DNA from: an uncultured bacterium
GTDB lineage: Bacteria; Verrucomicrobiota; Kiritimatiellia; CBFGVE01
Direction of reading: 5' to 3'
Length of the DNA: 37,623 nucleotides
NCBI GenBank assembly: GCA_965651915.1
Contig: CBFGVE010000001.1
Span: forward strand, 1-37,623
The position numbers and the translations under genes are program-made. This document shows, piece by piece, positions 1-9,932 of the stretch (its first letter is position 1; each line of letters begins with the position of its first letter). Below the pieces are notes generated by a model. The model saw nothing but the letters and a program-made list of their open reading frames with translations, ran no database searches and was not told where the DNA came from.

Positions 1-59
1 GTGTCGAGATGGATGCGGTAGTCGCGCAGGCTGGCGGCGAGGAAGGCCAGGGTGTCGAC

Positions 60-1709
60 TCATGCCGCGAAGCCCATCCGCCAGCGGCCTCGTTGTCCCA
101 GGCGCATCCAGGCGAGGAGGCCAGCGTAGAAGAGGACGAGGGCTGTGGCGGGGGGTGGGGGGACGAAGCGGTGTCCGCCGGGTATGCCGGCCATGCCCTC
201 GACCCAGTCGAGCAGGAAGGCGACGGCGAAGCGGTTGGGCACGGCGAAGAGGTTCCCCAGCGGAGGGAAGATCATCCCCGCCACCACGGTAAGGCAGCCG
301 AGTGCGACGACGATGAAGGCGGAGGGAATGACGACCAGGTTCCCGAGCAGCCCGATAGGCGAGAAGCGGTTGAAGAAGTAGGCGGTGAGGGGGGCCGAGA
401 CGATCCATGCGGCGATGGAGGCTGCCGCAAGTCCCAGCGCGTAGCGCTGCGCGGCGGCACCCGCTTTGCGGAGCCGTCCGGGCTGCGGTGCCCAGGGGTC
501 TGGGGCGGGGAGGAGGCGGGCGAGCCGGGCATAGACCGGCGGATAGAGCAGGATCAGCCCGGCGACAATGGCAAAGGAGAAGATGAAGCCGACGTCGCCG
601 ATCTGGCGGGGCTCGGCTAGCAGGACGAGCAGGGCGGCGAGGCCCAGCGACGAGAGGGCGTCGGGCCGTCGCGACCAGGCAGGCGCCATCCACAGGCAGA
701 GTGCCATGACGCAGGCGCGCACCGCGCTCGTCTTCAGGCCAATCAGGATGGTGTAGAGGATCAGGATGGGGGCGAGCGCGAGGAACCACCGGGGACGCGA
801 TACGCCCGCGAGGCGGATGAAGCCCAGGGCGACCACGCCGAGGATCCCGACATGCAATCCCGAGACGGCGAACACGTGGAGCATGCCGGTCGCGGCGAAG
901 GTGTCGTGGTAGGGACGGGGCAGTGATTCGCGGTAGCCGAGGAGCAGCGCGTGGAGCACTCCCGCGTGGTCGGGTCGCGTCTCCAGCCCGCGGGCGAGCA
1001 GTTCGGCGCAGCGCTCGCGCAATCGCCAGCAGGCGGCGAGAAGGGGTGAGCCCTGGCCGCTGGCGAGCCGTTCCACCCCGTCGGCCTCAGCGCGGATGCG
1101 GTAGGCGTTGCCGTGGGCGGCGAAGGATAGCTGGGGATGGGGCTCGAGATTGCCGGTCAGCCGGATGATGTCGCCGTAGGCGGGCGACCAGCGTCGATCC
1201 GGATCGCGCACGATCACCCGCACGGTGGCGTGTGCCCGGTCGGGCTCTTTGGTGCGGCGCACACTTTCGAGGCGCAGCGTGACCGTATGCATGGGGGGTT
1301 CCAGGTCACTGTAGGAATGTAGCTCGGGAGGGAGCGCGATCATGCCCGTGATTTCGATCCGCTCCCGCGACTCGGTAGCCTGGTGGAGCAGTCCGCCCCT
1401 GCGGGTGTCGGCGGTGCGCAGGGTGGCGAGTCCGAGAGCGGCTAGCGCGATGGCGATCGGCCACAGGGCGCGCCCCGCAGCGGGCCGAGCGCCGAAGCCG
1501 AGGAGGCGGAGGCCGGCCATGGCTGCGATGCCAAGGGCCAGCACAGGGAGGGCGGGGAGCTGCACATAGAAGGCGAGCAGGGTGCCTGCCGCGAAGGCGC
1601 AGGCGGCGGAGAGCATGGGACGGGAAAGGGGAGCGTCGGCCGCTGGGCCGATCCCTGGTTCGAGCAAGCCGGTCGCCGTCGGCTCAGGTGTCCGTGGAGA
1701 GCGGTTCAT
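60..1709 (-). CDS. comEC: ComEC/Rec2-family competence membrane protein (no C-terminal metallo-beta-lactamase domain)
   Basis: 549-aa polytopic membrane ORF. N-terminal TM pair, then a soluble insert, then a multi-TM block with the hallmark 'MLHVFAVSGLHVGIL' Competence-domain motif. Start uncertain: ATG at 1709 overlaps the thiD end by 26 nt, and an alternative ATG lies at 1616. Confidence 0.75.
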   Translation of the reverse strand: MNRSPRTPEPTATGLLEPGIGPAADAPLSRPMLSAACAFAAGTLLAFYVQLPALPVLALGIAAMAGLRLLGFGARPAAGRALWPIAIALAALGLATLRTADTRRGGLLHQATESRERIEITGMIALPPELHSYSDLEPPMHTVTLRLESVRRTKEPDRAHATVRVIVRDPDRRWSPAYGDIIRLTGNLEPHPQLSFAAHGNAYRIRAEADGVERLASGQGSPLLAACWRLRERCAELLARGLETRPDHAGVLHALLLGYRESLPRPYHDTFAATGMLHVFAVSGLHVGILGVVALGFIRLAGVSRPRWFLALAPILILYTILIGLKTSAVRACVMALCLWMAPAWSRRPDALSSLGLAALLVLLAEPRQIGDVGFIFSFAIVAGLILLYPPVYARLARLLPAPDPWAPQPGRLRKAGAAAQRYALGLAAASIAAWIVSAPLTAYFFNRFSPIGLLGNLVVIPSAFIVVALGCLTVVAGMIFPPLGNLFAVPNRFAVAFLLDWVEGMAGIPGGHRFVPPPPATALVLFYAGLLAWMRLGQRGRWRMGFAA

Positions 1710-2532
1710 CCCAGAAAAAGTTGAGCGGACGGTGGTCGCCCACGGGGCGGGCCTGGAGCAGGGACTGGCGGACGAATTCCTTGGCCTTGCCTACGGCGTC
1801 GCACAGCAGCTCGCGGTGGGCGAGAAAGGCGGCGAGGGCAGCGGAGAAGGCGCAGCCTGCGCCGTGGCTTTCCGTGCCGGCGATGCGGGGGGCCTCGAAG
1901 AGGAATTCCTCGCCCTCGTCGTAGAGCACATCCACCACCAGCGGGCCGGGGAGCTGTCCGCCCTTGATGACCACGCCCACATCAAGGCGCTCGCACAGCT
2001 CGCGGGCGACCGCTCGCATGTCGGCGACCGAGGTGATGGCTCGGCCGCCGAGCAGCTCGGCCTCGCGCAGGTTGGGCGTGGCCACGCGGGCGTGGGGAAG
2101 AAGCTCGTCGCGTAGCGCCTCGACTGCTTCGTCGTCGAGCAGGCGGGTGCCGTCCATGGCGAAGATGATCGGATCGACCACCAGCACGGGAATGCCTTCG
2201 CGGAGATCGTCGTTGGCCACCTGGCGGACGAGGGCGGCGGTGGGGAGCAGGCCGGTCTTGGCGACGCGGACGGGGAAGCGGTCGCAGATGGCCTTGATCT
2301 GGGCTCGGACCAGATCGGGGGCCAGGGGCTGCATACCGCGCGAGCCGTCCGGATGCTGGGTGGCGATACAGGTGATGGCCGAGGTGCCGAAGGCGTCGAG
2401 GGCGCAGAAGGTCTTGAGATCGGCCTGGATGCCGGTGGTGCCGTCGGTTTCCGATGCGGCGATGGTGAGCACGGCAGGCATCTCGGAATCCGCCGGGGAG
2501 GAGGAATGGGTGGGATCGCTCATGCCCGCCAT
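1684..2532 (-). CDS. thiD: Hydroxymethylpyrimidine/phosphomethylpyrimidine kinase
   Basis: 282-aa ORF. PfkB/ribokinase-like ThiD pattern: 'VLTIAASETDGTTGIQADLKT', 'VKTGLL', 'VVDPI', 'TPNLREAELL', 'VVIKGG', 'HGAGCAFSAALAAFLA'. Confidence 0.85.
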   Translation of the reverse strand: MAGMSDPTHSSSPADSEMPAVLTIAASETDGTTGIQADLKTFCALDAFGTSAITCIATQHPDGSRGMQPLAPDLVRAQIKAICDRFPVRVAKTGLLPTAALVRQVANDDLREGIPVLVVDPIIFAMDGTRLLDDEAVEALRDELLPHARVATPNLREAELLGGRAITSVADMRAVARELCERLDVGVVIKGGQLPGPLVVDVLYDEGEEFLFEAPRIAGTESHGAGCAFSAALAAFLAHRELLCDAVGKAKEFVRQSLLQARPVGDHRPLNFFWDEPLSTDT

Positions 2533-2608
2533 CCTAGCCGCATGCGGCTTCCGGAGGCAACCGATATGATGCCGGTCGGCGAAAGTTTTGGCGGCGAGCC
2601 GGAGCGGC

Positions 2609-3132
2609 TTACGGGACTATGATCGGCGCGGAGACAGAGTAGCGGGAAAGTGGCTGGCGCCCGTTGAGGAAGGCGAGCTCGATGAGGAAGGCGATCTCTA
2701 CCACCTCGGCACCGAGGCGCTCGACCAGCTTCGCTGCGGCCAGGGCGGTGCCGCCGGTCGCGAGCAGGTCGTCGATGATGGCCACGCGGTCGCCTGGCCT
2801 GACCGCGTCGGTATGCAGTTCGAGGGTGGCCGTGCCGTACTCGAGGGCGTAGGTTTCCTCGATCCGGGAATAGGGCAGCTTGCCCTTCTTGCGCACCGGC
2901 ACGATGCCAAGACCCAGGCGCTGCGCGACCGCCGCACCGAAAAGAAAGCCCCGGGACTCGACCAGGGCGAGGCAGGTGGGATTGCGGGTTGCGATGCGCT
3001 CGGCGAGCAGATCTACCGCGAGGCCGAAGAGTTCGGGATCGGCAAGGATGGGGGTGATGTCCTTAAACACGATGCCCGGCTTGGGAAAGTCGGGCACGTC
3101 GCGGAGGGCGGACTGGAGACGGTCTGCTGGAT

Positions 3133-3136
<4 letters not shown>
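2609..3136 (-). CDS. apt: Adenine phosphoribosyltransferase
   Basis: 175-aa ORF. 'DFPKPGIVFKDITPIL' N-terminal Apt signature and PRPP-binding motif 'VAIIDDLLATGGTA'. GTG start overlaps the stop of the upstream sigma gene (GTGA, 3133-3136). Confidence 0.9.
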
Positions 3137-3978
<842 letters not shown>

Positions 3979-4147
3979 GGCTACCACGGTCGTACTCCTA
4001 GCTTGAGGTCCGCCTGTATATCGCGGAACCTCGCGGCACCTTACGCCAAGCCCCCGTGCCTGGCTCCTGGCCCTCCACCGCCCGGAGAAAGGCGAGAGCG
4101 GAGGTGCGGGAATTCGACCCCCAGTCTGGGGGATCCGTTGAATATTA

Positions 4148-4177
4148 GCCATAAAAAAGCCCGGCCCCCGGGGGGGG
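4148..4177. repeat. Left copy of a direct repeat: 19-bp perfect core GCCATAAAAAAGCCCGGCC (4148-4166) plus a similar C/G-rich tail
   Basis: Identical 19-mer at 6908-6926. The following about 11 nt are similar (CCCCGGGGGGGG vs TCCCTGGGGGAG). Confidence 0.85.
4153..4177 (-). terminator. Probable rho-independent terminator downstream of the R-M fusion gene
   Basis: On the minus strand, a GC hairpin (CCCGG-loop-CCGGG, plus-strand 4160-4172) is followed by T6 (plus-strand A6 at 4153-4158). It lies about 50 nt after the stop at 4229. Confidence 0.5.
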
Positions 4178-4228
4178 TGCGATCAAAACGAGTACCCCCC
4201 TAGGCGGTTTCCGCAAGAATCAACGGGA

Positions 4229-6826
4229 TTATATCAGAGCTAGTTGCCGAGTCAGCGCATCGCCAATCCAGGGGGGGGCTGTGGTCAGCGGCACTTCCAG
4301 CAGCTCTTTGGGTTCGATTTTGTGCAACCCGCCGCCATAGGCGCGGCCCGCGTGGAAAATGCATTCGGCGGGAATTCTGTTGAGGGCGTCACCCATTTCG
4401 ATCAGTCGTTGTCTGTCGTTGGCTAGGCAGGCGGCAAGATTAGAAGAAGGGTATAAATTTAGAAATACATTGGTAACAATTGCTTTGGAGAGGTTTGTGA
4501 AAAATCTAATTGGGCATTTCCGCGATCCGTTTGACCTTCCCATATACGAGGCGATGAAGGGCGCAGGATCACGCCTTTCCTGATAGTACCAGACCTCCTT
4601 TTGCGCACAGAGATATCCATTGGGGATGCCTCGGCCAACCCCCGCCTGCAGGTATTGCCAGAGGCCTGGATAGCGGCGCTGGACTTCATCTGGAGGGAGT
4701 TGGCAGTCGAGCAGGAAACGAAAGCCGGGCACGTCCGGGAGTCCGTCGGCTGTGGCCTGGATGATTGACTCGCGAAGATAGCGGGGACTAGGGAGAATAG
4801 GCTTCAGAAATTCCTTTGGAATGTCGAATTCGTCAGCGGTGTTGCGATCAATGATAAAGAAGTCATTCGCTCCAGTTGCTATGCCACGCCTTACCGAGAA
4901 TAAATCTTTGAGTCGCGGCGTGTCGGATTGTGAGTCTCCGCGGTCGAAGTGTGATGGGGTCCATTTACTTAATGGGCGAAGCTCCGATAATGGCACCGAA
5001 CGTTGCTCGTTTGGCTCGAGGAGTCCTCCGAACGAGATAGAGCAGCTTGATTGGCTTGATGGCAGGGCCTTCCGGTAAGTCACGATGCAGGAGGATACGA
5101 GGGCGTCGTCGAACTGGATCTCTTCAGGATTGAAGTGGTGGATAGATAGCAAAGACACCCTTGATGATAGATAGTCGCGCAGGACCCGGCCATAATTCAC
5201 ATACAGAAACTCTGCGGGGAGCAGCCACGTAGCAACCGCTCCCTGGGCCAGTAACGAGTCGGCGAGCAGCACAAAATATACATAGAGACCCGACAGCCCG
5301 CTAATCGGAAGTCCTAGACGTTGCATGACCTGAGCCTGAAGAGCCATCTTCAGATCGGCGGGAAGGTGATGATGTCTAACGTATGGGGGATTAGTGCAAA
5401 GCAGCGAAAATTGGCCCGCATTGCTAGAGTCCAATGCGAATGCGACGAAGTCGCAGGCCTTGATCTGGAGGCCCGATCCGGACCACATCCTGGCGGCAAC
5501 TTCACTGTAAGCTGGATCGATCTCGCATCCTACTGCGCGCTCCATTCGCTTAGCATTAAGACGCCTAAGCAAGGCGCTATAAAAAACGCCCGATCCCAGG
5601 GCGGGTTCAAGAAAAGTGATGGGCATGGTAGCTGGCATGGCAGCAAGTGCATGGGCTACCATGTGAGACGCTATAGGAAATGGCGTGGAGAACTGTCCTA
5701 GGCGATTCCGCTCTTCAGCCGATTTGGACGCATCTACGGCTTGTTGTGCTTCGGCGCGCTTTACTTCGAGCACCTCTTTGCTGTGGGCCTCATAAATCGG
5801 CGGGCTTTCTTTTACGGACGGGTCTTTTTTTTTTCTCTCCGGCGGAAAAACCTGGGCAAAATCACTAGTTCGGTGTTCCCACACCCAGTCGATTCCTTCT
5901 GCCGCCTCATATCCTAGGTAGCCCGGCTCGAAATACCCGCACAGATACAGCAAGAACCGTACGCTTTCCCCATACCGCTTTTTGAGCTGGTGAAGTTTCT
6001 GGGCTTCTTCTTTTCGCCGTTTGTTGGTGTTAGTTGCGTCTCCGGCCGATTTGGCTTCGATGAGAGTGGGCATTTCGCTGGGGGGCGCGTCGAGGCGCTT
6101 GACAACGCAGTCCACCGGGATGTTGACGGTAGAGCTCGAATCGCCCACCGCTAGTGACAAGCGGAAGGCGAACGTGCCCGGAGGCATGGCGTAAGGATCT
6201 TTCGCGTCCTTGGAGGTAATTTCGCGGTAGCCGTTACTGCGAAGCCAACTCTTGAGGGCTTTCAGTTGGCGTCGTTCCTGCTCGTTCCTGATAATGGGGT
6301 CGGAATATGCGCCGCACATCCTGTCCGCGATCACGGTTGCGGCGCGAGCCAGGTCCCGTCTGGAAGGTTTCTTCCGAGGGCCTATCCAGGGAAGCAAATC
6401 GTCGTCGATTAACTCCGCAATAACATCGCAGAGCCGTTGAAGATTCTCCTGTAGGATTTTCTGAGGCATTCGCTTGGGAAGTCTTGGTGGTTTGCTCTCC
6501 TTTCCCTCAAGCGAGTCGATGAAGGCCTTGCTCACGTGGGCTAGACCCATTAGGCGATCGCGGGCAAGCGGAGGTGCTGTAACCATACGAAGAATTGGAA
6601 GAATACCCGGAGCATTCCGGAGCGTTTCTGGGGCAATATGGGTTAAGTCGGAAGTTTTCCCGAAGGCGTCAAGCACTGCTTGGGTGGTTGCTCGGCGCTG
6701 CTCTCGGTAGGTTTCCGGTGCAAATCGGATAAACCAATCGTTGTAGAAGTCGATCGATTTTTCGACGTCTGCTTTCCATAGGTGGGGCTTGTCCGAATTA
6801 ATAGGCATGGTGGTACGGTAGCCCAT
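4229..6826 (-). CDS. Fused restriction-modification enzyme: XamI-like PD-(D/E)xK endonuclease domain, gamma-class N6-adenine DNA methyltransferase (Eco57I/TaqI-like) and C-terminal target-recognition domain
   Basis: 865-aa ORF in a lower-G+C segment. The first ~340 aa resemble the XamI restriction-endonuclease family ('YNDWFIRFAPETYREQR', 'LRMVTAPPLARDRLMGLA', putative catalytic 'PVDCVV...LIEAKSAGD'). MTase motif I 'LEPALGSGVF' and motif IV 'TNPPY'. TaqI_C-like 'RRGIATGANDFFII' and terminal 'YGGGLHKIEPKELL'. Alternative ATG at 6808. Confidence 0.75.
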   Translation of the reverse strand: MGYRTTMPINSDKPHLWKADVEKSIDFYNDWFIRFAPETYREQRRATTQAVLDAFGKTSDLTHIAPETLRNAPGILPILRMVTAPPLARDRLMGLAHVSKAFIDSLEGKESKPPRLPKRMPQKILQENLQRLCDVIAELIDDDLLPWIGPRKKPSRRDLARAATVIADRMCGAYSDPIIRNEQERRQLKALKSWLRSNGYREITSKDAKDPYAMPPGTFAFRLSLAVGDSSSTVNIPVDCVVKRLDAPPSEMPTLIEAKSAGDATNTNKRRKEEAQKLHQLKKRYGESVRFLLYLCGYFEPGYLGYEAAEGIDWVWEHRTSDFAQVFPPERKKKDPSVKESPPIYEAHSKEVLEVKRAEAQQAVDASKSAEERNRLGQFSTPFPIASHMVAHALAAMPATMPITFLEPALGSGVFYSALLRRLNAKRMERAVGCEIDPAYSEVAARMWSGSGLQIKACDFVAFALDSSNAGQFSLLCTNPPYVRHHHLPADLKMALQAQVMQRLGLPISGLSGLYVYFVLLADSLLAQGAVATWLLPAEFLYVNYGRVLRDYLSSRVSLLSIHHFNPEEIQFDDALVSSCIVTYRKALPSSQSSCSISFGGLLEPNEQRSVPLSELRPLSKWTPSHFDRGDSQSDTPRLKDLFSVRRGIATGANDFFIIDRNTADEFDIPKEFLKPILPSPRYLRESIIQATADGLPDVPGFRFLLDCQLPPDEVQRRYPGLWQYLQAGVGRGIPNGYLCAQKEVWYYQERRDPAPFIASYMGRSNGSRKCPIRFFTNLSKAIVTNVFLNLYPSSNLAACLANDRQRLIEMGDALNRIPAECIFHAGRAYGGGLHKIEPKELLEVPLTTAPPWIGDALTRQLALI

Positions 6827-6907
6827 ACATTATTCGCTGTCACGTTCTTGATGCATGCCTAGGATATGATTGAAGGTTGGTTGAATTTTGCTTTCGGGGA
6901 CAGTCCC

Positions 6908-6937
6908 GCCATAAAAAAGCCCGGCCTCCCTGGGGGA
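6908..6937. repeat. Right copy of the direct repeat (19-bp perfect core at 6908-6926)
   Basis: Same 19-mer as 4148-4166. It overlaps the A-tract and left arm of the ppdK terminator hairpin. Confidence 0.85.
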
Positions 6938-6950
6938 GCCGGGCTTTTTG
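6913..6950. terminator. Bidirectional-looking rho-independent terminator (terminates ppdK on the minus strand)
   Basis: A6-AGCCCGGC(CTCCC)...(GGGAG)GCCGGGCT-T5. A GC-rich stem of about 12 bp is flanked by an A-run and a T-run, 18 nt downstream of the ppdK stop (6968). Confidence 0.8.
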
Positions 6951-6967
6951 TTGGTTGATGGCTGGCC

Positions 6968-9754
6968 TTAGCCCTTGATCGCGGCCTGGGCGGCGGCGAG
7001 ACGGGCGATGGGCACGCGGTAGGGCGAGCAGCTCACGTAGTCGAGTCCGGCCTTGCAGCAGAACTTCACGCTGGCGGGGTCGCCGCCGTGCTCGCCGCAG
7101 ATGCCGCACTTGAGGCCGGGACGGGTCTGACGGCCCTTCTTGACGCCCATCTCGACGAGCTGGCCGACGCCGCTGACGTCGAGGCTCTGGAAAGGATCCT
7201 GGGGCAGGATCTTCTCGTTGAGGTAGTCGGGCAGGAAGGTGCCGATGTCGTCGCGGCTGAAGCCGAAGGTCATCTGCGTAAGGTCGTTGGTGCCGAAGCT
7301 GAAGAACTCCGCGGTCTCGGCCACCTCGTCGGCGGTGAGCGCGGCGCGGGGGATCTCGATCATCGTGCCAACCATGTACTTCACCTTCGACTTCTTGTCG
7401 GCGATGATCTTGTCGGCGGTGGCGCGGATGATCTTCTCGAGGAAGTCCAGCTCGGCCTTGGTCCCGATGAGGGGCACCATGATCTCGGGCAGCACCTTGA
7501 TCTTCTTCTTGGACTCGACGTTGCAGGCGGCCTCGATGATCGCCCGGGTCTGCATGACGCAGAGTTCGGGGTAGGTCACCGAAAGACGGCAGCCGCGGTG
7601 GCCCAGCATGGGGTTGAACTCGTGGAGATCGCCCACGCGCTGGCGGACCAGCTCGACCGGCACGCCGAGGCGCTGCGCCATCTCTTCCTGCTCCTTCTGC
7701 CCGTGGGGCACGAACTCATGCAGGGGCGGATCGAGCAGGCGGACGGTGACGGGCAGGCCATCCATCGCGGTGAAGATACCCTCGAAGTCCTTGCGCTGGA
7801 AGGGCAGGAGTTTCGAGACGGCCTTCTCGCGGGCCTTCTTGTCGTTGGCGAGAATGAACTCGCGGATCGCCCAGATGCGGTCGCCCTCGAAGAACATGTG
7901 CTCGGTACGGCAGAGGCCGATGCCCTGGGCGCCGAAGGCGCGGGCCGCCTTTGCGTCCTTGGGCGCGTCGGCGTTGGTGCGCACATTGATCTTGCGGAAC
8001 TGGTCGGACCAGTCGGAGATCTGCTTGTACATCTTGTAGATGGGGTGATTCCTGGCAGCCTTGCTGCCTTCGACCACGGCGGCGACCACCGGGCTGGACT
8101 GGGTGGGAATCTCGCCGAGGTAGACCACGCCGGCCGAGCCGTTGAGGGAGATCCAGTCGCCTTCCTTCAGCACGAGATCGCCCACCTGGACGGTCTTGTC
8201 CTTGTAGTTGACGCGCATGTTGGAGGCACCGCAGATGCAGCACTTGCCCCAGCCGCGGGCGACGACCGCCGCGTGGGAGGTCATGCCGCCGGTGGTGGTG
8301 AGGATGCCCTGGGCCGCCCACATGCCGCCCACGTCCTCGGGGCTGGTCTCGTGGCGGACGAGGATCAGGCGCTCCTTGGGATTCTTCTTGATCATCTCCT
8401 CGGCCTCGTGGGCGAAGAAGACGACCTTGCCTACCGCCGCGCCGGGACCGGCGGGAAGGCCGCTGCCAATCGCCTTGGACTTCTTCTCCACGGCGGCGTC
8501 GAAGATCGGGAACAGGAGCTGCTCGAGGTCGCTGCCGGTGACGGTCATCAGCGCTTCCTTGGGCGAGAGGATCTTGCCCTGGGCGGCGCCGGTGTAGACG
8601 TCGCGGCCGGTGGCCATCTCAACCGCCCAGCGGACGCCGGCCAGGCCGGTGCGCTTGGCGTTGCGGGTCTGGAGCATCCACAGCTTGCCCTGCTCGACGG
8701 TGAACTCGACGTCCTGCGGGTACTTGTAGTGCTTCTCGAGCTTCTTCATGATCTGGCACAGCTCCTTGTAGGCGCGCTTCCAGACCGGGTTGGGCTCGTC
8801 CGACATCAGGTCGGTGTTCTTGGGGGTGCGGATGCCGGCGACGACGTCCTCGCCCTGGGCGTCGATGAGGTATTCGCCCATGGGCTTGGCCTCGCCGGTC
8901 GCGCCGTCGCGGGTGAACGCCACGCCGGTGCCGGAGTCCTGGCCCATGTTGCCGAACACCATGGTGCAGACGTTAACCGCGGTGCCGAGCAGGCCGGTGA
9001 TCTTGTTGATCTGGCGGTACTTGGCGGCGCGCTCGGAGTTCCAGGAGCCGAACACGGCGCGGATGGAGAGGTCGAGCTGCTCCATGGGGTCCTGGGGGAA
9101 GGCCTTCTTGACCTTCTTCTCGTAGACCTTCTTGTAGTTCTGGGTCAGCTCCTTGAGCTGCTCGGCGGTAAGATCGGTGTCCTCCTTGGCCTTGTACTTC
9201 TTCTTGAGGGCTTCCAGCTCGACCTCGAAGTCGTGGTGGTTCAGGCCGGTGGAGGGGCCCATCACCACGTCGCCGAACATGTCGATGAAGCGGCGGTAGC
9301 AGTCCCAGCCGGTGCGCTCGTTGCCGCAGGAGCGGATGAAGCCGTGGATGGACTTGTCGTTGAGGCCGAGGTTGAGGACGGTGTCCATCATGCCGGGCAT
9401 GGACATCGCGGCGCCGGAGCGGACCGAGACCAGCAGCGGGTTCTCGTTGTCGCCAAGCTTCTTGCCGGTGAGCTTCTCCAGCTTGCCCAGCTTCTCCTTC
9501 ACCTGGTCGAGCAGGTTGGGGGGGTACTTCTCACCGTGCATGGAGTAGTAGGCGCAGGCCTCGGTCGAGACGGTGAAGCCCGGGGGGACGGGGAGATCGG
9601 CATTGGCCATCTCGGCCAGGTTGGCGCCCTTGCCGCCGAGGACGGCCTTCCACGAGGAGTCACCCTCGGTGTGCTTTTTTCCGAATCCGTAGAAGAATAC
9701 GTACTGCTTCTGCTTGGATCGTGCAGAGGCTTTCGCGGTCTGGGCTTTCGCCAT
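6968..9754 (-). CDS. ppdK: Pyruvate, phosphate dikinase
   Basis: Phosphohistidine motif 'TTGGMTSHAAVVARGWGK', 'GIGLCRTEHMFF', C-terminal 'CGEHGGDP', N-terminal ATP-grasp 'LGGKGANLAEM'. Start set to the ATG at 9754 (MAKAQT), preceded by AGGAGA. The track ORF extends 26 codons further. Confidence 0.92.
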   Translation of the reverse strand: MAKAQTAKASARSKQKQYVFFYGFGKKHTEGDSSWKAVLGGKGANLAEMANADLPVPPGFTVSTEACAYYSMHGEKYPPNLLDQVKEKLGKLEKLTGKKLGDNENPLLVSVRSGAAMSMPGMMDTVLNLGLNDKSIHGFIRSCGNERTGWDCYRRFIDMFGDVVMGPSTGLNHHDFEVELEALKKKYKAKEDTDLTAEQLKELTQNYKKVYEKKVKKAFPQDPMEQLDLSIRAVFGSWNSERAAKYRQINKITGLLGTAVNVCTMVFGNMGQDSGTGVAFTRDGATGEAKPMGEYLIDAQGEDVVAGIRTPKNTDLMSDEPNPVWKRAYKELCQIMKKLEKHYKYPQDVEFTVEQGKLWMLQTRNAKRTGLAGVRWAVEMATGRDVYTGAAQGKILSPKEALMTVTGSDLEQLLFPIFDAAVEKKSKAIGSGLPAGPGAAVGKVVFFAHEAEEMIKKNPKERLILVRHETSPEDVGGMWAAQGILTTTGGMTSHAAVVARGWGKCCICGASNMRVNYKDKTVQVGDLVLKEGDWISLNGSAGVVYLGEIPTQSSPVVAAVVEGSKAARNHPIYKMYKQISDWSDQFRKINVRTNADAPKDAKAARAFGAQGIGLCRTEHMFFEGDRIWAIREFILANDKKAREKAVSKLLPFQRKDFEGIFTAMDGLPVTVRLLDPPLHEFVPHGQKEQEEMAQRLGVPVELVRQRVGDLHEFNPMLGHRGCRLSVTYPELCVMQTRAIIEAACNVESKKKIKVLPEIMVPLIGTKAELDFLEKIIRATADKIIADKKSKVKYMVGTMIEIPRAALTADEVAETAEFFSFGTNDLTQMTFGFSRDDIGTFLPDYLNEKILPQDPFQSLDVSGVGQLVEMGVKKGRQTRPGLKCGICGEHGGDPASVKFCCKAGLDYVSCSPYRVPIARLAAAQAAIKG

Positions 9755-9932
9755 CTCTGGTCTCCTGGTTGCGCCTGTGGGGCATTCATTGACGGACCCG
9801 GGGCGGTGCGCACCGAGTCCATGGGGGTTCAAAAAAGCCGGAGCAGACTAGCAAAGCCGTGCGCGTAGTCAAGGCCTAGCGCGGATAATCGGCCTCTTCG
9901 GGGCTTCGGGGAATCCCCGGTCCGTAGCGCCT

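Noticed and set aside
1-59. Possible start of another minus-strand gene after the comEC stop (an ATG at 61-63 overlaps the TGA)
   Set aside because: Fewer than 20 codons are visible, the reading frame is ambiguous and no motif is recognisable.
2533-2608. TPP riboswitch upstream of thiD, and the palindrome AGCCGCATGCGGCT at 2535-2548
   Set aside because: The intergenic space is only 76 nt and lacks the CUGAGA / ACCUGA TPP core motifs. The 14-bp palindrome has no loop or T-tract and is more likely incidental or a weak apt terminator.
3979-4152. N-terminal 58-aa extension of the sigma-factor track ORF
   Set aside because: The extension is Arg/Pro/Gly-rich with no similarity to sigma region 1.1. 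A good ATG with an AGGAG RBS lies at 3978, right before conserved region 1.2.
7088-9868. 926-aa ORF on the plus strand, antisense to ppdK
   Set aside because: Typical high-G+C shadow ORF. Its translation is a low-complexity Ala/Gly/Leu/Asp/His-rich string with no recognisable motifs, whereas the opposite strand encodes an unmistakable PpdK. The same reasoning applies to 31233-33974(-), 20186-21364(-), 28664-30076(+), 16288-17619(-), 11591-12886(-), 21599-22864(-), 9993-10934(+), 34613-35569(-) and the many shorter Arg/Pro-rich ORFs in the track.
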